A stretch of 64,000 nucleotides of DNA from Catajapyx aquilonaris (Eukaryota): assembly GCA_000934665.2 (NCBI GenBank), contig JYFJ02000322.1:62001-126000 (forward strand), written 5' to 3'. The notes below the pieces were generated by a model, which saw nothing but the letters and a program-made list of their open reading frames with translations, was not told the origin of the DNA and ran no database searches. Below, piece by piece: positions 56,601 through 64,000 of this stretch; position 1 is the stretch's first letter; every line of letters begins with the position of its first letter. A program made the translations under genes and the position numbers.

Positions 56601-59600
56601 GGTGAGAGACAGTGCTTGGCATCTGCCTGCAAAAAAGATTTGAGCGAGAGGATTTAATTTGGGAGAGTAATTCGCTTACGATTAAGCTAACGAATCGTTG
56701 CAATGGGGGGGGGGAAGGCATTAAGCGATGGAATCTGCTTCTCAGCTTCATCAGCGTAATTTGCCTCGGAGAGAGAACAGGGGGAGGAGGTTAAGACCCA
56801 GAAAAAAATGCATGGAGGCATATTAATACCTCGTGAACTGACAAAAAAAAATTTATTCTGTCTCTTTTTCATAAAAATTTTTTTCTACCTTCGCTTGACT
56901 TGCTGCAGGGGATGAAAATTGGGATGGCGTGCTGGGGTAGGAAGTGGTGAGATTGGAAATGTCGCCCCACACGTGACTGCAAAAGCCCTTCAAATTCCGC
57001 ACCGAACCCAATAAAATCGGCTACAAAGTTAGCTGGCAAATCGATCCCAACTCGCAGAACCTGCTTCGGCTGCTGCTCGGGCTCATTTTCCATTCGTGGA
57101 GTCTCTGGGAAAGCCCAAAAACCTTTCCCCCTCCTCCTCGACTGGGTTTTCCTTATTCAGAGACAACCTCCTTTATATGTAGTGTAGGAAACGCCGCCAC
57201 TTGGGAAGGCACAGTTCCTCATTAATTAATGAAGAGACCATGGACTTCCTTAGCACCTTGCCAAACCAATGACACAATCTGCTACCGACTTTCTTCTAAC
57301 CAAAAGCCTTCCCCTCCCCACGACTTCGAGTTTTCTCTCTCCAGAATGAAACTTCCTCGTTTCTACGCCAACTTGTGTTTCAGAAAAAAAATGTACACCA
57401 CCTTGTTAAATGTTTGCATCATTAAATTCAAAGTTCCGGAAGACACAGCAGGACACTGTAATTACATTGTAATCATTAATGACACTGTTGCCCGAATTAT
57501 AATAATATAGCGGAAATAATTAGCACAACCAAAAAAAATGTCAATCTCGGTGCTGGGAGATGTCCTGATCTTTTACAATCTATAGCTGGAGGATATGAGA
57601 CCAAATAAGCATGCAAGCAAAAAAGGTGGAGGCGCCATGGCCTGAAAAAGTGGCAAAATTCATGCGATGGTGGGAAGCTGATCGAAGTGTAAAATTAGCA
57701 ATCGTGACTCTATCCAGCCGGCGGGCCTACCTTCTCTGAAATATATTGGCTTCCGATGCTCATTCCTAGCTGGAGCACCCGGAGGGATTCAAATCATCTC
57801 TTGCCAAATACTTCCTCACACCCTCATCTTCCACACTTCAATGACAGCATTTACGCACAAAAAATCCCACCGAAAATTATTAATTTTCAAGAAGCTAAAA
57901 TGTCGTTCAGTTTGAGTGTTACAATATTAATTACCTTAAAATATTAAATCGGATGTGTGAACTCAATTTGCACGTTTTTCCTAACTACACATAAAGAAGC
58001 GGTCAATATGCATAATATACTCAGGGATATTGTGGAGTGAATTAGTGATCAAAACGGCCTAAAATGGAGGTAAATAATCCGACAGCAATTCAATTTGTGT
58101 CATTTTAATGACTGCCGCGGTATGGTTCACACCAGGTTTGCTGACAAAATTTAAAAATCAGGGCACAAAAAAGGTACAGTACACGGGGCTCTACACAACA
58201 TTAGCACCTCCCCCACCCCCCCTCTGCCTCCGGTCGGTAATTTGTTTATGCAGCATATGTGCCTAGTAGTAGTAAGGGGGGGAACAAACATCCGCCAAAA
58301 ACACAATGTGATTTCCACTGGCGCACACACCATGACGGCGGACGGAAATTGAATACGTGTGATGGAAAGGGGGTGCATTTTACCTCCAACTATTGCTCAA
58401 CCTACTGTACCGACCGAGGTTAAATCACTACATGTAGCACTGCACAATAATATCAGCGAGTCATGTTATACTGTATATTATTTAATTACAATACTCTCGA
58501 AGCCCTAGAAGAAGTCTGCTTATAATACAGTAGCATCAATCGTTTGGGGATGAAATATATTCAACAAAATTCAAATCTTTAATATTTCCTCTTATATGAG
58601 TAACAAATCAAAGATTAAGTCAGTTGGGCATACTTAAAATGAATGGGCCTATTTCAAACTGTGTAGAATTATAGTTAAAGAAAGCAATCAGATTTGGCAG
58701 AAAACACACACAAAATAATTTAAAGCATAAAGAGAAATATATTCCTATTTCCTGAGCATTTGAAAATTCCTACATTTCACAGACAAGTTGAGTAATTTTT
58801 CCGTCCAAATTCTTAATTACGTTGGAGTTTGATTAGTTCAAAAAAATTACTCCAGGCTCACTAAATGTTAGGCATGCAAATTAATAATTGCCCGTGATTT
58901 CTAAACAGTTTCATCCAAAAATTTGCGGATTTGAATGCAAAATTACTCACATCTGAAGTTGTACGTTTGAGAGTACATGCCTCTTGCACAATCCAATCGG
59001 GCTTTTCAAATACTACAAGCTTTGCATCAATGAATATTGTGCAGAATTTAGAACTACTGTACGTATATGTCGGTTCTGCATTTTATAGCCCAGAATTCGG
59101 AGCCGCCATGAATTCATTGGAAAACATAGTTTCAATGCACCAGGGCCACAAGGTGTTGGGAACTAAATTATGCAAACCAGTCGTGAGATTCACTGATACG
59201 ATTACGAGGAGCAATTTTACACGCTACATAGCTCATGGTAGGGCTACTGTACATATTAAATGGCCAATCGCGTCACACTGCATTACGTGCCTCACTTTTT
59301 TTGTGTGTATTATCATACTGTTGTGCCAGGTCCCCACTGGGTTCGATGTATGCAGTTACTTGATTCATGATGGTGTCGCTAATTTGAAGGACATTCTGTC
59401 CAATCGCTCTGTACGAACATTAAAGTTCCACTAAACTAACAATCAATCGATTTTAACCATGTTAGTCTAGCAGGATTCAATAAAGAGCTAGATTTTTGCT
59501 GGCAAACAAAACCATCAGTGACGCGATTCATTTTTCTGAAAATTGGATTGCAAAAAAAAAAGTTTCGGACAAACGTTTTGGCGCTACCTTTTAGACTTTC

Positions 59601-60353
59601 TCTCATCGAAAAAAAAGTCGTATAGAACGGCTCTGTCCGTCTGTCTGTGGACATGATTCAGGGCCTAAACAGCATGAGATAACGACAAACGGTTCTCGGA
59701 TTCAGATTCAACGTGACCAAAATATGACACATGGTCAACTTCCGGTTTCCCGGGTTCACTCTACCCGCCAAGGACAAGTACAGAAAGATTGCCGTTTAAA
59801 TACTGGGTTCCTTGGCAACGGGAAATGAGACTGAACAATCAATATCATTGTCGTAACTATTATAATCGCATCGTATCGTATATTATCGGGTTTGTCAGCC
59901 TAATTTCCCTCTGCCCAATGAGAAAAAGTATACTCGAATCACGCTCGCGTGATTTGCCAATCTTGTTCGCTACTATTTGCCTCCTGGGCCTTTGTCCGAA
60001 ACATTTATCTGGATGAGAGACATTACCTGCTCTAACATGAACATCCCTGCTGATAATGGCTCCGACGGCGTTGTCTGCGCGACACCTGTAAATGGTGGTG
60101 TGCGCATCCTGCCTGTACTTCTCTGCTGGAAAAGGTGGGAAGAGTAGGACGGCCCCGGAGTCGGTGACGATGCGCACGCCGCTCAGGTTGGAAGCGGCGC
60201 TGCCGTCGGCCAGGAGCCACGTCACGCGCGGCGTTGGGCTGCCGTGCGCGCCGCATTCCAGACGCGCGCCGGAATCGTTAGAAAATTCTACCCTGAATGG
60301 AGGTTCAGACGTGAACGATGGACCTTGCTGGTCTAGCACCAGAGCGTAGCATG
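3249..60353 (-). CDS. Dscam: Dscam-family cell adhesion molecule, non-hypervariable, Dscam4-like; 30 coding exons traced, 5' signal-peptide exon missing
   Basis: Exon translations give the 9Ig-4FN3-Ig-2FN3-TM-cytoplasmic architecture with Dscam motifs (GPSFTSEPPFRVEFSNDSGARLEC, DASPELVYRFSEQTLQPGPSVSLKC, EDICPYATFQL). All junction phases match; exon lengths sum to 5864 nt (2 + 1954 codons including stop). The paralog call comes from memory of the tail sequence, not from a search. Confidence 0.95.
3720..3891 (-). CDS. Dscam: Dscam exon: cytoplasmic, penultimate
   Basis: tttcag|AGCCT...TTCAG|gtactc; 172 nt; SSTSSETSP...KRQVRSSSGYSSHTEETTF. Confidence 0.88.
4345..4574. mobile_element. MITE-like element, about 230 bp
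   Basis: Perfect 15-bp terminal inverted repeat GGGTCGGTGCAATAC / GTATTGCACCGACCC, extending imperfectly (CCCTAACCC / GGGTTAGGG); TA/TTA-type flanks; non-coding. Confidence 0.75.
5887..6201 (-). CDS. Candidate alternative (cassette) Dscam cytoplasmic exon, Gly-rich, 105 aa
   Basis: Pyrimidine tract then tggtag|GTGTGG acceptor and CAAG|gtaatc donor; 315 nt, phase 1-1, open in the Dscam frame; GC-rich island within an AT-rich intron. Confidence 0.55.
7767..7958 (-). CDS. Dscam: Dscam exon: cytoplasmic
   Basis: ttccag|AATCA...CGAG|gtttgt; 192 nt; ESDNLGSTDSEVKKILTLHLPISEYDTLGSDSE. Confidence 0.88.
8293..8535 (-). CDS. Dscam: Dscam exon: cytoplasmic, PYATF motif
   Basis: ttctag|AATAT...CAAG|gtgagt; 243 nt; EYLEDICPYATFQL...DPHSESQ. 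Confidence 0.93.
8641..8952 (-). CDS. Dscam: Dscam exon: transmembrane and juxtamembrane region
   Basis: caacag|TAACT...TCAG|gtctga; 312 nt; hydrophobic VVVPAVVALLAVLGLLSLACFF followed by RVRK. Confidence 0.88.
9019..9369 (-). CDS. Dscam: Dscam exon: FN3-6 with poly-Gly insert
   Basis: acacag|TTCCT...GGTG|gtaagt; 351 nt; VPVPPGKTNVVSVNST...WGDGGC...VTAHNNAGS. Confidence 0.92.
9544..9729 (-). CDS. Dscam: Dscam exon: FN3-5 part b
   Basis: cggcag|GTTAT...ACAG|gtgaca; 186 nt; GYIINYKRESGDWEE...NLWCGTQYQLYVTAYNRIGTG. Confidence 0.94.
9811..9912 (-). CDS. Dscam: Dscam exon: FN3-5 part a
   Basis: ttccag|TACCA...TGGG|gtatga; 102 nt; VPPEPPNLKVQASYSDSIRLKW. Confidence 0.9.
9976..10096 (-). CDS. Dscam: Dscam exon: Ig10 part b
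   Basis: ctgcag|ATTGC...CAAG|gtaagt; 121 nt; IASNGFLVIRDIQQSDEGNYTCQVSNVYGEDDITYVVSVQ. Confidence 0.93.
10160..10308 (-). CDS. Dscam: Dscam exon: Ig10 part a
   Basis: ttgcag|TTCCT...AAAG|gtatac; 149 nt; VPGRIASFSRSIALPWKEEVTLACRRVGIPEP. Confidence 0.92.
10451..10607 (-). CDS. Dscam: Dscam exon: FN3-4 part b
   Basis: tgatag|GATGC...ACTG|gtaaat; 157 nt; ...GLKEKQQYEFWVTASTRIGEGSSTRVVKISP. Confidence 0.92.
10683..10822 (-). CDS. Dscam: Dscam exon: FN3-4 part a
   Basis: gaacag|TTCCA...GGAA|gtcaga; 140 nt; VPSSPEDIKALVSSKNALLVAWKPPIHPNGEL. Confidence 0.9.
10885..11040 (-). CDS. Dscam: Dscam exon: FN3-3 part b
   Basis: ctgcag|AGAGG...GACG|gtataa; 156 nt; ...HGLHKYANYSVTVLSFTAVGEGVTSAPVFCRTEED. 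Confidence 0.93.
11135..11281 (-). CDS. Dscam: Dscam exon: FN3-3 part a
   Basis: aaatag|TGCCA...TATG|gtgggt; 147 nt; VPSLPPEEVSCEARTSQSLQVSW...AEERY. Confidence 0.9.
11349..11657 (-). CDS. Dscam: Dscam exon: FN3-2
   Basis: ctccag|TTCCA...GACG|gtaatt; 309 nt; VPSGPPEEVRLEAQSS...AATLED. Confidence 0.95.
11716..11883 (-). CDS. Dscam: Dscam exon: FN3-1 part b
   Basis: catcag|ACGTG...GATG|gtgagt; 168 nt; ...GLHPASAYHFRLLAQNKLGFSDPSEVIQVTTQED. Confidence 0.94.
11957..12088 (-). CDS. Dscam: Dscam exon: FN3-1 part a
   Basis: ttgcag|AAGTA...TCAG|gtattg; 132 nt; EVPEQPKNVRAGEQQSQSVQLSWTQPYTGNSPIVNYVIQYK. Confidence 0.93.
12147..12443 (-). CDS. Dscam: Dscam exon: Ig9 (GC donor)
   Basis: ttccag|CTCCT...CAAG|gcaagt; 297 nt; APAHFPHKTKQLQVRKGERSHLQC...TIQLIVQ. 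Confidence 0.92.
13454..13627 (-). CDS. Dscam: Dscam exon: Ig8 C-terminal half
   Basis: ccacag|GAAAT...AATG|gtaaag; 174 nt; GNQPGDYKEF...SKVIFLKVN. Confidence 0.94.
13779..13898 (-). CDS. Dscam: Dscam exon: Ig8 N-terminal half
   Basis: actcag|TTCCT...ACAG|gtacag; 120 nt; VPPKWTVEPKDSSGTFGEDILLNCQADGYPTPTVTWRKAT. Confidence 0.93.
13974..14261 (-). CDS. Dscam: Dscam exon: Ig7 (single copy)
   Basis: tcccag|TTCCA...AACG|gtacgt; 288 nt; VPPKIMPFQFMNNLLREGMRAAISCQVLEGD...AQLTVN. Confidence 0.95.
14328..14897 (-). CDS. Dscam: Dscam exon: Ig5 + Ig6
   Basis: ttccag|ATGCC...TTGG|gttagt; 570 nt; DASPELVYRFSEQTLQPGP...SARRDVEVVVL. Confidence 0.96.
14979..15106 (-). CDS. Dscam: Dscam exon: Ig4 C-terminal half
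   Basis: acttag|GTACC...GGAG|gttggt; 128 nt; YQVYPPDTLKIPAVEKEDSGMFQCLVSNEWDMAQAAGELQLG. Confidence 0.93.
15356..15425. repeat. Dispersed repeat, inverted relative to 44346-44447
   Basis: Its reverse complement aligns to 44346-44447 (ATTGGTCC..CATATTGTTACC..GATTGGCC..GCGTTCTACGCATGCGCA). Confidence 0.7.
16665..16806 (-). CDS. Dscam: Dscam exon: Ig4 N-terminal half
   Basis: ttccag|CTGCT...CGAAG|gtaatt; 142 nt; SALSAHVQPPSQIVDVGQAAVFRCLPSGHPVSKITWLRNGRPL. Confidence 0.93.
19621..19799 (-). CDS. Dscam: Dscam exon: Ig3 C-terminal half
   Basis: actccag|GTGGATG...ACAT|gtaagg; 179 nt; WMKEEE...DAGKYVCWVNNSVGKETVEVRLVVT. Confidence 0.94.
21553..21680. repeat. Intronic inverted repeat (hairpin or tiny MITE)
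   Basis: 21561-21579 CCGTTATCGGCATTTGGTT is the exact reverse complement of 21654-21672; extends 8 bp further with 2 mismatches. Confidence 0.8.
25813..25837. repeat. (GTG)n microsatellite
   Basis: About 8 GTG units. Confidence 0.85.
28094..28214 (-). CDS. Dscam: Dscam exon: Ig3 N-terminal half
   Basis: ttttcag|AGCCA...TACAC|gtaagt; 121 nt; EPKGTEPPRLSVEKRISRHVKVGDDVMLPCAAQAFPLPSYT. Confidence 0.93.
28252..28481 (+). mobile_element. Non-autonomous Helitron-like element
   Basis: A|TCttactatatatag 5' end, subterminal hairpin TTGCCAAATTTTGGCAA, CTAG|T 3' end; homologous copy at 47555-47759. Confidence 0.7.
32988..32988. other. Ambiguous base (N) beside a poly-C run
   Basis: Single n in tccgcgcncccccc; possible assembly join. 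Confidence 0.95.
42635..42784 (-). CDS. Dscam: Dscam exon: Ig2 C-terminal half
   Basis: ttctag|GAGTG...CAAG|gtaatt; 150 nt; GVKYAVLPNGDLFIYSASPSDGYKSYSCRTLHRLTKEVHVSSSRGRVIIQ. Confidence 0.94.
44346..44447. repeat. Dispersed repeat copy with an internal ~33-bp tandem duplication
   Basis: Two units of ttgttac.gcgacgc.tctgattggcccgc; inverted homolog of 15356-15425. Confidence 0.7.
47555..47759 (+). mobile_element. Diverged second copy of the Helitron-like element
   Basis: Colinear blocks shared with 28252-28481 (gatgtttgtccgacctga, ctatctctcgcacga, gcgccatctatgcgtgaa, ctcattaaaattgtttga); ends cactag|t. Confidence 0.7.
48174..48265 (-). CDS. Dscam: Dscam exon: Ig2 part b
   Basis: tgtgcag|GTGCC...ACAG|gtgagt; 92 nt; CHVPSYVAEYVMVTSWVQDNTVNIYPNTYT. 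Confidence 0.93.
51900..51969 (-). CDS. Dscam: Dscam exon: Ig2 N-terminal part a (70 nt)
   Basis: ttccag|TGGTGAAG...CTTAG|gtaaga; VVKQKFDVDVYDEHVISENTAVLR; not in the ORF track. Confidence 0.92.
53574..53644. repeat. (TAT)n microsatellite, about 23 units
   Basis: Uninterrupted TAT/ATT run. Confidence 0.97.
55159..55233. repeat. Degenerate ~18-bp tandem repeat
   Basis: Three to four aaagttaacatgttgcct-like units. Confidence 0.7.
60027..60353 (-). CDS. Dscam: Dscam exon: Ig1
   Basis: tttccag|CATGC...GCAG|gtaatg; 327 nt; CYALVLDQQGPSFTSEPPFRVEFSNDSG...SRDVHVRA. Confidence 0.95.
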
Positions 60354-62605
60354 CTGGAAATACACACAAATATGAAGAAAATTATTAGCACCATATCTCC
60401 ATATGTCTGACATTACACAGTAGCACACAGTATCATAACGGAAACGAAAAAAATTAATCAAGTCACAAAGTGTACACATTTTCAGAGCAATGTGAATTCA
60501 AAATGATGAAGCGACGAACGCAATGTTGCTGGAGGGAAAAATTGTAATTAGCGTAGCATGCAAAAGTTTAAAGTAAAACTGATCAGGAAGTAAATTTTTC
60601 CGCCTAATCCGAATCCCAACGCCAGAGCTAATTTGGAACCTTCTTCCTCACTAACTGCATCTGGGGAAATCAGACAAAGCACGACTCGGATATGAGGTCA
60701 CAGCAGAGAAGTTTACTGATGCAACCGAGTTTTTTATCCCCGTCTATACGGTATAGGGCGATGTTGGCCTGGAGCAGTTTGTAAAGCGTAAACAGAATCA
60801 CAACTAATCCATCAAATACTTCATAAATCCGCACAAGATATGCGCATGTCCAGTATAATCCGATAAACACACTAACTTCCAAGTAATGTGCAAAATTTCA
60901 TACTGTACAGCATATTTCCAGAGGTCAATTAACTTTACTGCCAAAACTGCCCTTCCATGCTCCCATTTTACTACCGATGATTCACAGCATTATCACTGTC
61001 AAACTCAGTCGTGATGCGACACCAAACAATGCACGGATCTGATACCCAAAATGGTCTAGGTTACTACCACATGTCATTCACAGGATTTATCTACTGTGCC
61101 GTTTGCTACTGGATAAAAAAAATCCCGTAGCTATCAACTACCCCCCTGGTACTGTATAAAACAGACGAGATTAGCGATGCTCTCCCAATCCCCTGACAAG
61201 TCCGTTGAGAGTGAATAATGTGATAAGTTGTCCCTGCATGGGTCTTCTGACTGACAACTTGTGGATGGGACGTTCATATCTGGCTGTCATACAGGAGCAA
61301 AGAAAGCCAGAGTATGTGTGTGGATAATGGTTTCATCTGGGGGTCGGAGTGAAAGTCTAGAAATAGAGCAGAGATGGCTAGAAAATAGCAACATAGGTCT
61401 TGGGTTTTATAGGAGAGAGGGCTTGTCCCAAGCCACTGCCCACTGCATAATTCATAGCTTTTTCGGGGAGCTCTGGAACGCCGTCTTTTGCATGAAGAAC
61501 GAGCAGTAGAGGTCGCTGCAAAAGCGCCTCATGTCAGCCCCCCTCCTTCTTTTTTACTTTACTTTACTTTTTGTTTTCCCTACCAAGCAAGAGCTCCCCA
61601 CAATAGGCCCTGGATTCACCCTCACCAAAATGCTAATCGTCCCTCTTCACCTCCTCGTCCCCTTTAAACCCCCAGGCCTTTCCTCCCGGCAGCCAGAATC
61701 CTAATTTAGACGCCTTACCATGCCAGAGGATTTGCAAGCGAGGAATCTGGCATTTAAAACTTGGACTCCACCTCCCTAGAATTATTATGACTCTAGGACC
61801 CCACAATTTTTCTTTTAAAAAAAGAAGTAGATGAGGTGTTTGTGACTCTGACATGTGCTCGAGGTTCACACAGTTAAGTCTATAGTTTTCATGTTTGTTC
61901 AGCTTCACTATGCAAACTGAGGGGAGCTGACCTCAATGGTACTGTGCAATACAGGAACTTGCAAACAACTTGTACGATACCACCTCATTAGACACGTTTA
62001 TTATAGGCTATAACGGGCGTACGTTCCCTTCAACTTTGGTGAATACAGTGCCTCATATCCTTTTCATAAGCCTTTTCTTAACTCCTGAAGTCACCCATAC
62101 TCATCACCGCGGCTAAATTACAACAACAGTAGCCTACAGTTTAGGCGTATAATTCCAAGAGAATATGTTTGCTCAGATACCCTGAGGGCTTCTTGTCCGG
62201 ATATGCCTTCAACAAAACCGTACAGTGACGTGTAGTGGTAAGGTTTACACTGCGTGTACTATACAGTATGCCAAAGCCTTTATTTGCTAATTAAATGCCA
62301 CATTAACAATGGCTGAAAAGCATTGCATCTTCTGTCGCACTAAAGTTGAATAATGCTGCGTTATGTTCGTCTTACATTTTCGTACCTTGCTTGCCCAACA
62401 TACAGTATCGCAATAATAACACAATAGCCACATAATATTATACCGGTGAACCTATAAAGCTAGTTAAATGAACTTCATTTTAGAAATATATTTTGAGGAA
62501 CCAGCTGTTAACAACAATAAATTATACTGCTAATTTTAATCGCTTTCTTTAGTCAGAAAAATTAATGTTTTCTGGAGGTGATCTGGAGGTGGTGCAACTA
62601 CACAT

Positions 62606-62742
62606 TCCCCTATAATAATAGCCTTATTTTTTCGCCTCCGGAACGCTCCGGAAGGAGAACGGTCCCCTGGTGAGTGCTGCCACCTTCTGATCACGGCACT
62701 AAGTCATTAGGCCTTGCCAAATTTTGGCTACTGGTGCGCTAG
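62606..62742 (+). mobile_element. Short Helitron-like element with related termini
   Basis: TCccctataataatagccttatt start, ttgccaaattttggcta hairpin, CTAG|T end; internal sequence differs from the other copies. Confidence 0.4.
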
Positions 62743-64000
62743 TTAATTATTATAATTTCACTGATGGATTTTGAACATAAAACAAGAGAACCTCGAGAAA
62801 TCCCACGTAATCACGGATTTAACTTGTTTAATACAATCTTCCCACATAATCTGCAGGTCGAGTTACGACAACTTTTCAAAACTGAAAATTCAACCTCAGA
62901 AAAATCATTTCTTTCTCCCTCCAAAAGTACGGAACCTCTCATTAAAACCGCTCACGTCAAAGCAAGCTCCATCGCACAAGGACATATCCTGCACGAGACT
63001 GGCAACCAAAACCTCTCAGGTCCTGACAAATACCCTGGTAACCAACCACCTCTTTGCTAATAAGCAGTCTCAATCCCCCTCCTTCAAACCGATGTGGTAC
63101 AAAGCCTCAAAAACCAAGAAAAAAAATGGCGGTACATTGTCTCCCTTCCCATGAGATTTGTCCTTTCCCAAACAAAAACCCTCCCTTGGTTATTCAAGGA
63201 GGAATACACTGTGCTGGTGGAGAGAAGCTTTGCTACAAGAGTACGGGACCCACTCTATATGATTGAGAGTTGGGAGAAGACGCAGTCAATCCGACGGCAG
63301 ATCGAACGGAAGGCACACAAGTGGTGGCAGAGGCTTGCTCGAATCCTTCAAGAAGAAAAAAATAAGTAGTGCAAAAAAAATAGTAGGCACCTGCTGCGCC
63401 CCCACTAGCACATCCAAGCTTCCTTTTCGCAATTTCATCGCCTTTCCAGCATTCCTGTCTTCTTTTCCTCTTTTTTCACTGCACCAAGACCCATCCACTT
63501 TCCATACATTGTACAGGAGAAGGACGAAAGGAAGCGGGAGTTTAGATGGAACTGGGCGTGCGGAATAAAACGAATATGGAAAGGATTTAGGCGCCACCTG
63601 GAGCTGGATTATTCCGGGAACCGGGGTAGCTTAGTCTTATTTTTTTACGGGGATATGAAATATCGATGTTAATCGAACGGCTGGATGCAATTTATTAAGA
63701 AAGTTATAAGGGAAAGTGGGTTGAAATATTTATTCATATTGTGTTATCAGAAAGCAATAGCCTGAGTAATAAATACAGCCTTACTTAATTAACGTTTTTG
63801 CTGCATATGCCCCATACTCCAATTGATTGTCATTTCAAATTATTACACAGTTACAATAACATATTTTTACGATCGCAGAGAATTTTTGGAGGCTACATTA
63901 CCCGCGATAGTACCCAAGGTACTATAGTGTAGCAAACGACCACATTTTGGAAGAACTAGCGCAACAAAATGGTAATGATTATACTCCCCTATTGTTCTGA

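Noticed and set aside
59520..59770. Possible DINE-1/Helentron-like remnant (ctgtccgtctgtctgt)
   Set aside because: Only a short microsatellite-like motif; termini could not be defined
60354..64000. Search for the Dscam start/signal-peptide exon and promoter
   Set aside because: No convincing ATG plus hydrophobic segment plus phase-1 donor found; probably outside the window
1..64000. Prokaryotic systems (CRISPR arrays, operons) and intact transposase or reverse transcriptase ORFs
   Set aside because: The sequence is a spliced eukaryotic locus; no repeat-spacer array or TE protein motifs seen, and the remaining short ORFs are consistent with noise

Overview
Eukaryotic (arthropod-type) genomic DNA occupied almost entirely by one minus-strand gene of the Dscam (Down syndrome cell adhesion molecule) family. 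I traced 30 coding exons by hand from 60353 down to the stop at 3249. All have canonical splice sites (one GC-AG intron) and compatible phases, giving 5864 nt of CDS (about 1950 aa): 9 Ig - 4 FN3 - Ig10 - 2 FN3 - TM - cytoplasmic tail ending FQIDV*. The first (signal peptide) exon was not found and probably lies beyond the window. No arrays of mutually exclusive Ig2/Ig3/Ig7 exons were seen, so this looks like a non-hypervariable paralog; the tail resembles my recollection of insect Dscam4, which needs a phylogenetic check. The rest is introns with MITE-like, Helitron-like and tRNA-derived repeats, microsatellites and a large inverted repeat downstream of the gene. The best leads are a candidate in-frame Gly-rich cassette exon in the cytoplasmic tail, a GC-AG intron, a poly-Gly/G-quadruplex insert in FN3-6 and a possible A-to-I-correctable Gly>Glu change in Ig2. 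I found no clearly new biological system.
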